A stretch of DNA of 64,000 nucleotides, from contig NC_053155.1 of NCBI RefSeq assembly GCF_016835505.1, positions 74,788,088 through 74,852,087 of the forward strand, read 5' to 3'. This document shows positions 52,728 through 63,182 of this stretch, piece by piece; the first letter of the stretch is position 1, and each line of letters opens with the position of its first letter. The notes under the pieces are model-generated. The model was not told the origin of the DNA. It worked only from the letters and a program-made list of their open reading frames with translations, and made no database searches. The DNA is from Polypterus senegalus. Taxonomy: Eukaryota. A program made the position numbers and the translations under genes.

Positions 52728-52868
52728 GATTCAAGTGGAATGACATTGTTAATGCTGGCAGCTGCAGGAGGGCAAGATGACATAATCCGACTTTTGCTTA
52801 AGAGAGGTGTGAAGATCAATGCCACACAAAAAGCTGGCACAACTGCTCTTATGCATGCAGCAGAAAAG
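52728..52868 (+). CDS. mphosph8: mpp8 exon 8 (ankyrin repeat)
   Basis: DSSGMTLLMLAAAGGQDDIIRLLLKRGVKINATQKAGTTALMHAAEK. Human has DSSGMTLVMLAAAGGQDDLLRLLITKGAKVNGRQKNGTTALIHAAEK. Confidence 0.9.
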
Positions 52869-53400
52869 GTGCATATTTCGTTTATTTCAATATGTTTAGT
52901 AATGTTTATTTTTGTAATGGGTTTTGCTGGTAATGAAATACTTTTGATACATTTTATTGTGATTGGAAAGTTGCATTTTATTCATGTTTCAATACTAAAC
53001 AGATTGTATTAAAGTAAATTGCTGTGAAAAATATTTACCACTTCCTAATATCCTATTTTTTACATATTTTACATAATGAATGACCACAGAGCTTTAGACA
53101 AAATGAAGCACAATACACCAATTCACGGGGGTTACGTTCCTGGAGCACCCGTGAATTGTGAAAAACTGCAACTTTTGGATGTGGTTAAAAAATGTCTTTT
53201 AAATGCCTATTTTTATACCCTAAATACAGTATGCCCCCAAAGCAGCTTTTACATTACCTAAAAACAGAATGTAAAGGTAAACCTGTATACTGTACTGTAC
53301 TGCTATGTCTCCCGGGGTGCTAGAATGTAAAATGCTGATGTTTGGGTACTCTCCAACGATGAATGATGATGAAGTAGCTGTGCATTACAATGCAGAGGAT

Positions 53401-53730
53401 TTAAAACTCCTTGGGTGGCACCTCTTCTTCAGGCACTTCTGGAGTTGTTGTATCTTTAGACAGGTCTTGTTCTGGTGGGATTTCATGCTGGCGTTTCTTT
53501 ATAGGCTTCAGGAACATTGTGATGGGAAGTTGCTGTCGTTGTTTCTTCATGGTGGCGAGGAGCTTTTTATATGTCAAAATGGCAGCATCGATGCCATTAT
53601 TAACTTTGAGAGCCCGAACCATATAGGGATCCCATGCTTCAATCATCCCTTGTAACTCCTTCGATGTTCGAATAATCTGGGACAGACATTCCAGTGTCAG
53701 GCCCTGCTCCTCCTCCTCCTCCTCCTGCAC
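53401..53730 (-). CDS. C-terminal acidic segment of the same Tigger transposase, separated from the main ORF by a frame break
   Basis: MQEEEEEEQGLTLECLSQIIRTSKELQGMIEAWDPYMVRALKVNNGIDAAILTYKKLLATMKKQRQQLPITMFLKPIKKRQHEIPPEQ… is the typical Tigger C-terminal tail. It lies directly 3' of the 457-aa ORF. Confidence 0.55.
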   Translation of the reverse strand: MQEEEEEEQGLTLECLSQIIRTSKELQGMIEAWDPYMVRALKVNNGIDAAILTYKKLLATMKKQRQQLPITMFLKPIKKRQHEIPPEQDLSKDTTTPEVPEEEVPPKEF

Positions 53731-53900
53731 TGGATCTGTCTCTTACTCCTCCTCTTCGCTGGCAGACTTTCACTCCAACAAATTCTTGTCCGTCAGGGGT
53801 TCAGAGTGGGCATCAATATGGTTGTTCAGCTCATCTTGAGTGATGTCGTCAAAACCTTTGCCAGTTCCACGACCTTGTCGACCACGTCGTGCTGAATTTT

Positions 53901-55274
53901 TTAGGGTGATAAGCTCTTGTTGTCATGGACACACTCTGGCCACAGCTTCATCCAGTAGGCATTGAGGGTTTCCTTTTTCATCTCCTTAAGAGCAGCTTGG
54001 ATGACTGACAGGCACGTAGTGATTGTAAAGTTATGCCAGTAACCCTTCAATGTAAAATTCTCGTCCGTGTCCATTGCATCCACAAGGTATTGGGGAGAAA
54101 TCCGGGTATAAAGAGCCTTGAAGGCACAGATTATGCCTTGATCCATAGGTTGGATGAGGGAGGTGGTGTTGGCAGGGAGGAACTCGGTCTGAACTCCCTC
54201 GTAATACAAATCCAAAGAGTGGCTGCCAGCATTATCCATAATAAGCAACACCTTGAAGTCCATGCCTAAGTCGTGGAGGTATTCCTTGGCTTGACAGATG
54301 AAGCACTGGTGAAACCAGTTTGAAGCAAGGATTTTGGTAATCCAGACTTTAGGGTTGTGCATCCAGAAGACAAGCAGCAGGTTTTTATTTTTGTTTTTAA
54401 GGGCCCTAGGGTTTGCGGATTTGTAGATGAGGCCAGGTTTCATCCTGTAACCAGCAGCATTGCCACACATAATAAATGTCACTCTGTCCTTCTGTACCTT
54501 AAACCCTGGAGCTTTGACTTCGTCCTTCATAATGCAAGTTCTGGACGGCATCTTCTTCCAGAACAAGTCGGTCTCATCCATTTTAAAAACTTGTTGAGGC
54601 TTGTATCCCTTCTCCTCTATGATGTGCGTAAATGTCTCGGAGTACTTCTCTGCAGCTGCTTTGTCAGCAGATGCTGCCTGTCCATGTAGAGAGAAGCTTT
54701 TAATATTAAATCGTTTCTGAAAACGATCAAACCATCCCTTACTGGCTTGAAAATGTTCAGGCTCCGGTGCTGTTGATGAACCTGGTTGTGGTTCTTTGGT
54801 ACCTTCTACATTGTCTACTGTAGTGAACTTCTGGTACAGTTTTCGTGCTTTCTCACGGTTGATGTTACCGTCCAAGGGGATGTTCTTCCTGCAGTCGGTG
54901 ATCCACAAAGCCAAGGCAGATTCCATTCTGACGATATTTTTATTCCTTACGGTCGTTACCTTTTTGGCACTATCACAGAAACTTACAGTACTCCGGATCG
55001 CTGCCTTGTTCATCTTTATGTAGCGTACGATGCTTTCATTAATGCCATAGTGGCGCGCTACTGCAGCATAACTTTTTAGTTCCCGGAGCAAATCCAGTAG
55101 TTCAGCCTTCTCCTGGAGTGTTTTAAACTTCTTCTGGTGCTTAGGCTCAGTGCCAGAAGCCTTAGAAGGTGCAGGGCGTTTCAGTGACATCTTGTGCATT
55201 TTAAAAATAAAAAAATGGAAAACACGAGGCCGCGGTCGAAGACGCATCACAGGGCAGCAGTCAATCAGCAGCAA
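53901..55274 (-). CDS. Tigger/pogo transposase (CENP-B-type HTH plus DDE_1), 457-aa uninterrupted ORF
   Basis: …LKRPAPSKASGTEPKHQKKFKTLQEKAELLDLLRELKSYAAVARHYGINESIVRYIK… then …ALALWITDCRKNIPLDGNINREKARKLYQKF… then …KPQQVFKMDETDLFWKKMPSRT…TFIMCGNAAGY…HNPKVWITKILASNWFHQCFICQAKEYL…DFKVLLIMDNAGSH…ANTTSLIQPMDQGII…. Confidence 0.8.
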   Translation of the reverse strand: MLLIDCCPVMRLRPRPRVFHFFIFKMHKMSLKRPAPSKASGTEPKHQKKFKTLQEKAELLDLLRELKSYAAVARHYGINESIVRYIKMNKAAIRSTVSFCDSAKKVTTVRNKNIVRMESALALWITDCRKNIPLDGNINREKARKLYQKFTTVDNVEGTKEPQPGSSTAPEPEHFQASKGWFDRFQKRFNIKSFSLHGQAASADKAAAEKYSETFTHIIEEKGYKPQQVFKMDETDLFWKKMPSRTCIMKDEVKAPGFKVQKDRVTFIMCGNAAGYRMKPGLIYKSANPRALKNKNKNLLLVFWMHNPKVWITKILASNWFHQCFICQAKEYLHDLGMDFKVLLIMDNAGSHSLDLYYEGVQTEFLPANTTSLIQPMDQGIICAFKALYTRISPQYLVDAMDTDENFTLKGYWHNFTITTCLSVIQAALKEMKKETLNAYWMKLWPECVHDNKSLSP

Positions 55275-58221
55275 GGAGAAATGAATAACGCTGTCGGATT
55301 GGCTACTTTCACCATGCCAAACCGCGTTTCCCTCAGCGGTTGCTTCCTGTTCTCTCTACAGCACAGTATTGCCATAGAAAAAAAAATCATAAAAAATTGT
55401 GAAAGATACTTGCTGTTTCTGCTAACAATTAATAGTTCGGTTCTAAGGAAAAATTTGCAAACGACTAAGTCCGTGAACCCTGAACCGTGTCTTCGTGGGG
55501 GTTTACTGTATTACAGAAAATGGACCTGGATGAGCAGCAGTTTTTAAGTAATGACTTCCTTTTTCAAGTAACAGTTATCCTATCACCTGTATGGTAAAAA
55601 GTACATTTCCCCATTGTTATAATACTTGGCTCTAGCAGCAGCAATCACAAGTAAACATTTTGTATAATTTGATATAATTATTTCACATTTCTGTTGAGGA
55701 ATGTTAACCTACTGTTTGCAGAACTGCATTAATGCAGACACATGGGTAAGTTTGTGAGTGTGAACTGCTAATTTCAGTTCCTGCCACAGCATTTCTATTG
55801 GGCTCAAGTCTGAACTTTGACTTGGTTATTTCAGAACTGTAATTTTGATTCTTCTGAGCTATTCAGTTGTAGACCTGCTTTTGTGTTTTTGGTTATTGTC
55901 CTGCTTCATAGCCAGTTTGGTTATTTGTGCAGTACCTGAAGCTGAAACCTAACATTCTCCTTATGAATGTTCTGGTAAAGTGGCAAACTCATGGTTCTTT
56001 CAATAATGGTAAGTCTTTTAGGTCCCGAGGCAGAAAAGAATCTCCACACCATCACACTACCCAACCCCTGTTTTAATGTAGGTGTGAGGTTCTTATTGTT
56101 GAACACTGTATTTCCTTTATGCTAGACTTGGTAATCTGTGGATGAAACAGATGCCTCTTAACTTTTGACTTGTATATCCTTGGAAAATTATTGGCGATTA
56201 CCCAGCTGTTTCTTCACAAATGCAAGATGAGCACAGATCCCATTTTTACTTTTAATTGTTATTAAAAATGTCCTAAACCCTGACCTTTGCTGCAGCTTAA
56301 AGAGGTGTGAAGTTCTTTGAATGTTGTTCTGGCATCCTCTGACTTTATGAGCTGTTGCTGTGCCCTTGGGGTAATTTTAGCTGGCTGTCCCCTTTCTGCA
56401 AAGAATCTCCACTGTGATAATGGATATCACTGTGGTTTAGTATAATCTAAGCATCTTTCAAAATTGGGAAAGGGTTACAAAGCTGTTTGTAAGTTTGAAC
56501 AACTCTTTTTCCTCATCTTTTCTGGAGATTACTTTGGTTGAGTGTCCTTCTAGGAACTGTGTGGTGACTACTTCATTATCATGGTAAGCATCAATATATA
56601 GTGAGGTTTAAATTCAGTTGGATTGGCTGTGGTCAGACCTGCTGCTTGAGGTAGTTACTAAGGGTGCAGTTATCTTCTCTATAGGCCAAAACAGGTGTTA
56701 CTTAACATATTTCATATCTAATAAAGTTATCTATCAATTTATACATACTCTGGGTCCCTAACTAAATTTATTATATTTTTCTACTGGCCTGAAGCCATTC
56801 TTTGTAGCAAATATACAAAAATAGAGAATATCAGGATGGGGTCAAATACTCGTTTAACACCACACTAGTGTTTGGCTCATCAGACCACTTCAAAAGTGCA
56901 CGGTGATGAAAATTTTTGCAAGTTTCTAGTTATTTTGGAGATAGTGATACACTTGAATTGTTCAGTGCTTTGATCTAATGGATATTTTAATTACAGGTAG
57001 TCGTCGACTTAGACCTATGCGTCTTACGACCATTCGAGTTTATGACTGCTACCACGTCTCACAGGCAAACAGTTTACACCTCGCCAGCTCTGTATGCTAT
57101 GACTCATTCGTCTCGATCTCGGTTTATTACCAGCAGCGGTTTCTACTACGTTCAGTTACATTTGTCTTACAGTTACAGGAAAAAAGGCAATTGGTCTCAA
57201 CACAAAAATGAAGGTGATCAAGCAGTATGAGGGAGGAAAGAAACTGAATGTGATTGTATTTGATTTTTAAGTTATCCCATTGTAACCAGTGTTCACCCCA
57301 CACACTGTTCTGCTGCACTCTGGCTTTGAATCCAGTTAAACTCTGACGCTTCCATGTTGTGACTCACATTGTGCTGCTTCATGCAAACTGCCACGAAAGG
57401 GTAATGAAACCACACTGAACTCCTTTATCTGTCAGTTTATTATTAACAGGCTGAAATGTTTAAGCAGAAAGCACATGAGTGCTCAAACTCTGCCAGTACA
57501 ATTCCTCATTTCAGAGTGAGCACAATGAACATTGGGAGAGACTCACAATGATGACATAACATAACAAAAAGAAACCCATGTGTGCAACAAAATACAAAAA
57601 AAAAAATCTAGAATAATAGAAAATCTACACAATGTGCTAGGAATGATGATAAAAAAAGGATATAAAACAATATGACTTAAGGGACTAATTGAATACATAT
57701 ATCGGAACTGGACATGGTCATAAGTCGATGAATGCCACCAGTATTTATTGTGTCAGTCACAGCTGTCGCCAGCCACCTCTGTTAATAAACAAATATACTG
57801 TAAGTTAGTGATTTACAATAGTCTGTCAGTTTTGTATTTTCATTCAGGCAAAAGCAGTGTTGGATGGCTAATTATAGATTTGAGTAATTATAGGTAACAG
57901 GGGCTGCTTCTTGTTCACATAACTAAAACATTTTTGCATTCCTTGTTTTTTTCAGATAAATTAGTGCCCAGCAGTCAGAGTTTAAACTAATAAGAATTTG
58001 TAAAAGTGCATTTTTTTCTCATGCTATACTAAGAACATTGTGTTCAATTAGTGGCACCAAAAGACTAATAGTTTGGCTGACGGTGTAATGGAGGTTAACA
58101 GGATTCACGCAACTAGCTGATCACTTTTTTTTTTGTCAGCTTTACCAGTAGTGTGTGTTAAATAATTACTCTTAAAATTTTGGTCTCTGCACATAAAATT
58201 TCATTTGTGTTATTGTTTTAG

Positions 58222-58308
58222 AATTTTTTGACTACTGTTGCAATTCTTCTGGAAGCTGGAGCTCATGTCAACCTACAACAGCTTAATGGTGAAACAGCTT
58301 TAATGAAG
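58222..58308 (+). CDS. mphosph8: mpp8 exon 9 (ankyrin repeat)
   Basis: NFLTTVAILLEAGAHVNLQQLNGETALMK. Human has NFLTTVAILLEAGAFVNVQQSNGETALMK. Confidence 0.9.
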
Positions 58309-59047
58309 GTAAGGAGTTAAGAGTAATATGTATCTCTTCCAATATATTGATGTCTGTCTGTCGCTCAAAAACTTTGCAGCTTAATCTTACTCTCACCCAA
58401 GAGCTTTTGCTATGACATTCAAAATATAACCCATGAATTGGTCATGCTTGGCAACAAAGTTCAGCTTTGGGTTCTTCTCACAGCAAGTAGAGGTGTGGTG
58501 GTACGCTGTAGCTCACAGACAGCCAGAGGCTGCATGGGCACAGAAATGGCAAGCATTAGTAAAGTAAATTGCAGAGACCAAATGATCGCTTGCACCACAA
58601 AAGCTGCTGCATGTGCATGTGGCGCTCGCAGTCAAGCACAGGCGGACTGATAACTGAAAGTTGTACACTCCAACTGCAAAAAAAAAAGTGCACATGTCAA
58701 GCAAGATGTCAACGACACAACACAAGCATTGTGGGTGCAAGTCAGAAAAAGTTGTAGCAACATCTGCTACTACTGAACAACAATGAAGCAGTCACCATGG
58801 GTGCTGTGTTTGGTGAGAGGTAGTTCTTCAAGGACTGTAGGTCTGAAAGTTTCTAGTACTTTACATACTACCTGCAGTTTTTTTTTTTGTTTTTGTTTTT
58901 AAAATTAAAGAACTTTCTCTAATGTTTTACCCTTTATGGATGTTTTTTTTTTTTTTTTTCTTTCTTTCTCCCAGTTACTATTATTTTAATATAAGGGGTT
59001 ATGCTCCATGGACATTGCCTAAATTGCTGCTAGTGTAATTTTATGAA

Positions 59048-60133
59048 CTAGCAAAATACCCGCGCTTTGCAGCGGAGAAGAAGTGTGTTAAAGAAGTTAT
59101 GAAAAAGAAAAGGAAACATTTTAAAAATAATGTAACATTTGCTTTCTATTTGTTTGCATAAACACAGTCCTTCACCAGCAATTATTTAACGTTAGCTCAG
59201 ACCCGGCACTTAAAAGTTTCTGTTGCACTTTTGCTGAGTTTGCGCCAAACACTATTCTATCTCTGACCATTTCATCTTCGTTTGCATAAGCACAGTCCTT
59301 CACCAGCAATTTTAACTCGGTTACAAAGTGATCAAAAGTGTTGTTTATATCCTGCGTCCTCTCAGTAAACTTGTATCTCGCAAATATCGCATTCGTCTTA
59401 GGCATGACAAACGCCATCGGCAGTGTGTCTATAAACTTACGGTTTACACCGTGCTTTGTTTCTGCAGTAGCTGCACTTATGAATATGCTTGTATGCGTCA
59501 CTCGCTTCATATTCTTTTGCTGCCTTCTCAATTGTGTAATGCGTTTTTTGTTCAGAGCTCTTCCTTGTTCTCTGCGTACTGCGTTCATAGTCAGTTCACG
59601 TGAGCTACTCAGAGTACATGCATAGAAGGTTTCTGAGCTGTGCTTGTGCTATCTTGTGCGATGTCCACGGCTTTATTTTATGTTAGCTAAGACCCGGCAC
59701 TTAAGTTTCTCTCACACTTTCGCTGAGTTTGTGCCAAACACTACCCTGACCATCTCATCTTCGTTTGTATAAGCACAGTCCTTCACCCGCGAATATTTAG
59801 CGGCAGAGTGTTTCTACTGGATTGCCGCTGATGGACAGACTTATATGGGCAGGAACTCAATTACGTGGGAGTCGTTGGTAAGGTGGACGCAATTCTGCCT
59901 CACATGGCGACTGAGCTGCAGGCTAAGGCCATATACAGTATGTGTACATAAGTAGGTTCCAGTTATGACCGTTGCGTGTAGAATTTCGAAATGAAACCTG
60001 CCTAACTTTTTTAAGTAAGCTGTAAGGAATGAGCCTGCCAAATTTCAGCCTTCTACCTACACGGGAAGTTGGAGAATTAGTGGTGAGTCAGTCAGTCAGT
60101 CAGTCAGTGAGGGCTTTGCCTTTTATTAGTATA
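59048..60133 (-). mobile_element. Helitron-like composite non-autonomous element, copy 3 (minus orientation)
   Basis: Read on the minus strand: 5' TCtatactaataaaaggcaaagccctcac(tgac)5…cactaattctccaacttcccgtgtaggtagaaggctgaaatttggcaggctcattccttacag…, then TATA (cccatataagtctgtcc), the Gag-like ORF, and 3' …ccgctgcaaagcgcgggtattttgCTAG|T at 59048-59051. Confidence 0.45.
59172..59588 (-). CDS. Retrotransposon Gag-like ORF fragment (138 aa) carried inside copy 3
   Basis: …ARYKFTERTQDINNTFDHFVTELKLLVKDCAYANEDEMVRDRIVFGANSAKVQQKLLSAGSELTLNNC matches the Retrotrans_gag core pattern (F…Q…E…F…L.L…C.Y…EE.iRDrlV.G…+LL….LTL). Confidence 0.45.
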   Translation of the reverse strand: MNAVRREQGRALNKKRITQLRRQQKNMKRVTHTSIFISAATAETKHGVNRKFIDTLPMAFVMPKTNAIFARYKFTERTQDINNTFDHFVTELKLLVKDCAYANEDEMVRDRIVFGANSAKVQQKLLSAGSELTLNNCW

Positions 60134-60284
60134 GATTAGCAGAATACCCGCGCTTCGCAACGGAGAAGTAGTGTGTTAAAGAAGTTATGAAAAAGAAAAG
60201 GAAAAATTTTAATAATAACGTAATATAATTGTTTTGTCTTTGATATGAGTGTTATATATATATGTATATATATAAGTTGGCGTC

Positions 60285-60456
60285 AGAATATATAAAGTCA
60301 TTCCCGAATATATAAAGTCAAAACTTGAATATATAAAGTCACGGTCGGAATATATATAAAGTCAAAACTTGAATATATAAAGTCAGCGCTGGAATATATA
60401 AAGTCAAAATCGAAGTATATAAACTCATTCCTGAATATATAAAGTCAAAATATATT
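60285..60456 (+). repeat. Iteron-like array, forward arm: ~8 x gaatatataaagtca plus a 6-nt spacer (aaactt alternating with gcgctg-type)
   Basis: Read directly from the sequence. The unit is ~21 bp and the dimer ~42 bp. Confidence 0.8.
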
Positions 60457-60553
60457 GATTGAAACGACTCTGAACTGAACTAAGTGAACAAAAACGTATT
60501 CAGAAAAATAAATTAAAAAACGCTGTTCGGTTAATGTTTTGAAAATGATGCAT

Positions 60554-60664
60554 GTGCCCTGCCCAGGATTGGTTCCTGCTTTGCGCCCAGTGTTGGCTGG
60601 GATTGGTTCCAGCAGACCCCCGTGACCCTGTGGTCGGATTCAACGTGTTGGGAAATGGATGGAT
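60554..60664 (+). repeat. SINE 3'-tail fragment inserted between the two palindrome arms
   Basis: gtgccctgcccaggattggttcc…ggttccagcagacccccgtgaccctg…ggaaatggatggat. Confidence 0.7.
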
Positions 60665-60669
60665 ATTCC

Positions 60670-61048
60670 AGAGCTGACTTTATATATTCCGACGCTGACT
60701 TTATATATTGAAATTTTGACTTTATATATTGTAGCGCTTACTTTATAGCCTGTATTCCAACGCTGACTTTATATATTCAAGATTTGACTTTATAGATTCC
60801 AGCGCTGAACTTTATATATTCTGACGCTGACTTTATATATTTAAGTTTTGACTTTATATATTCCAGCGCTTACTTTATATATTCCGAAATATTCCAACGC
60901 CGTCTTTATATACTCAGGTTTTGACTTTATATATTCAGAAACAAGTATTGACTTTATATATACCGACACTGACTTTATATATTCAAGTTTTGACTTTATT
61001 TAATCCGACAGTGACTTTATATAATCAAGTTTTGACTTTCTATAGTTA
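60670..61048 (-). repeat. Iteron-like array, reverse arm: ~18 x tgactttatatattc (reverse complement of the forward unit)
   Basis: Read directly from the sequence. Together with 60285-60456 it forms a long imperfect palindrome. Confidence 0.8.
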
Positions 61049-61770
61049 AATGTAGTCATCATTGCATACATTTTTCTTCACCATAGAAATTTAAAGACTA
61101 AATTCAACTTCCATTCCTACCAAAGATATTTCTGGTGACTAAATAGAACCTACTTGTATCCAAATTCGAGCTATTGAGCTGTCGCCTGCCTGCCTGAATA
61201 AGTCCCCCTCGCTTCGCTCTTACTTTTTACCGTTCATTTAATCATGGCTAGTGGCGGAAAAATTATAAAATGGAAGGAGGATTACACTGAGTATGGCTTT
61301 ACCAAAACAATTATTGATGGCGAATCGATTATTCATAAAGCTTCAATTGGTGATCTGTTTTTCTGTGTTAACCTCATATTTTTTCATACTTCTTCTCAAA
61401 CCAAGGGGGTGCGAGGTTAAAATGAATCGGGAAGCGCTGATCAATGTAATCGGTGTACCAGGAAATCATGCATTGAGAGAAGTTCCCCTTTGCTTGGAAT
61501 GCAAAGTGTGATTAAATACATGATTTTTTTAACGTGTTATGGAGCACATGCATTGAAGCTTCTAGGCTGTGCTTGTGCTAAGAAAAGGAAACATTTTAAA
61601 AATAACGTAACACGATTGTCAATGTAACCTTTTGTAAGTAGTGCCTGGAGGATTCAGTGTGGAGAAACTGTAGAGACAGCGTGTGTATTAACTTGTGGAT
61701 TTTTCTGTGAGTATTTGGTGGCAGCGTCACAAAGGCGCTTCTGTAACACTGCGTACGTTAGCTGCGGAGC

Positions 61771-61983
61771 TCAGCTCAGAGCGAAATGAGGTGAATGGGA
61801 GAGGAGATGATGACGTGACTCCCCACCTGCCTTAACTGTCAATCCCCACAAACACAGTCTCTCGGAATTTGCATAAGCACAGCCCTTTACCTTCAATTTT
61901 AACTTAGTTACAAAGTGATCAAAACTCTCGTTTATATCCTGCGTCCTCTCATTAAACTTGTATCCCGCATTACCCGTGGGCAT
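61771..61983 (-). pseudogene. Gag-like ORF fragment in copy 4, paralogous to 59172-59588
   Basis: MPTGNAGYKFNERTQDINESFDHFVTKLKLKVKGCAYANSERLCLWGL… matches the same Gag core, then degenerates. Confidence 0.4.
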
Positions 61984-63182
61984 GACAAACGCCAGCGGTA
62001 GCCTGTCTATGAGCTTAATTAAACTTTAGGTTTACACCTTGCTTTGTTTCCGAAGTAGCAGCACTCATGAATATGGTTGTACTGTATATGTCACTCGCTT
62101 GCTTCTCATTGTTTCGCTGCCTTCCTAATTATATAATGTATGTTTTCTTCAGCGGTTTTTGGAGCTCTTCCTGGTTTTCTACGTACTGCGTGATTACGTG
62201 GGAGGCGTGATGATGTCACACGAAACTCTGCCCCCACGGCTTTCGAGCTTAACTCCATTACAGTAAATGGAGAAAAATAGCTTCCAGTTATGACCCTTAC
62301 GCGTAGAATTTTTAAATGAAACCTGCCCAATTTTTGTAAGTAAGCTGTAAGGAATGAGCCTGCCAAATTTCAGCCTTCTACCCACACGGGAACTCGGAGA
62401 ATTACTGATGAGTCAGTGAGTCAGTCAGTGAGTGAGTCAGTGAGGGCTTTGCCTTTTATTAGTATAGATCACAGTTAAATAATTCTTGTGAACAGTCGCG
62501 CAGCAAAAATTAAAAAATGCTAGACAGTAGGATAGTTTCGTATCTGTCAGACTTGCTTAATGTAATATATGGTTGTGGAGAGCCAGAGCCTATTCTCCAC
62601 ATGGGCAGCCTCCAGGCATGCAATTTCAAGCCCACTTTCCAACCCGAATTACACAGACTATAAATAAATTTACAATGTGAAATAATCACTTTTCTCTAAA
62701 ATAACAATTAATAGGAAGTAATAAAAATGATAGGTAATTCATAACAAAACTGCACAACATTAATAAAAAAAATTATATTTTAACAAATGCGCAAAGAATT
62801 TAACAGTTAATGGATTACAGATGTCTCTTTATTTGCATGGCTTTGTTTCTTGTGAATTATTACTAAATCCAGTTTATTACCAGATTGTTAACATAAACTT
62901 TGTGATCTGTTGGAATTTAAAGTTAAATATAAATGTAATTTCTTTTTCACAATTTAACACATTTGCTTGAATCCAGCTGATATTTTTATTTGTTTTCAGC
63001 TTAATGTTGACTGCATTTTTATCAGTTAATGTTTGCTGGTTTTCTAGGTGGTTCTAAATGATTTTCTGACTGGATCTGTGAACTGATCCCACAAACCCTT
63101 ATAAAACATTGAGAACAAGAATGTACTGTACTATAGTTATTCATTTTTTTTTTCTTTCCATCATTTGTACCTTTTCCTGCAG

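Larger units (their letters stand above)
53090..55545 (-). mobile_element. pogo/Tigger DNA transposon, ~2.45 kb
   Basis: Contains the 457-aa transposase ORF. Subterminal palindromic cacggg…cccgtg motifs: 53125-53165 caattcacgggggttacgttcctggagcacccgtgaattg and 55470-55510 ccgtgaaccctgaaccgtgtcttcgtgggggtttac. Boundaries are approximate. Confidence 0.7.
60134..62468 (-). mobile_element. Helitron-like composite element, copy 4 (minus orientation), joined head-to-tail to copy 3. Carries a ~1.35 kb insert with a palindromic iteron array
   Basis: 3' end cgcgggtattctgCTAA (60134-60137 on +: ttag) directly abuts the 5' TC of copy 3. The 5' end TCtatactaataaaagg… is at 62468 with flanking A (62469 t on +). 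The body has the same TATA, Gag-like and 42-bp-repeat-like modules. An insert at 60240-61590 is bounded by duplicated aagaaaaggaaa(c/a)attttaa(a/t)aataacgtaa. Confidence 0.45.

Noticed and set aside
54033-55079. Plus-strand ORFs (54033-54269, 54357-54689, 54786-55079)
   Set aside because: They are antisense to the well-supported Tigger transposase ORF. Shadow ORFs.
60285-61048. CRISPR-like array of short regular repeats
   Set aside because: This is a eukaryotic genome. The spacers are only 6 nt and the second half is the inverted complement. It is a palindromic iteron or satellite array, not CRISPR.
61262-61528. 88-aa ORF MASGGKIIKWKEDYTEYGFTKTIIDGESIIHKASIGDLFF… inside the insert of element copy 4
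   Set aside because: No recognisable domain or second copy. It lies antisense to the element's orientation. Kept only as a note under the iteron-array finding.
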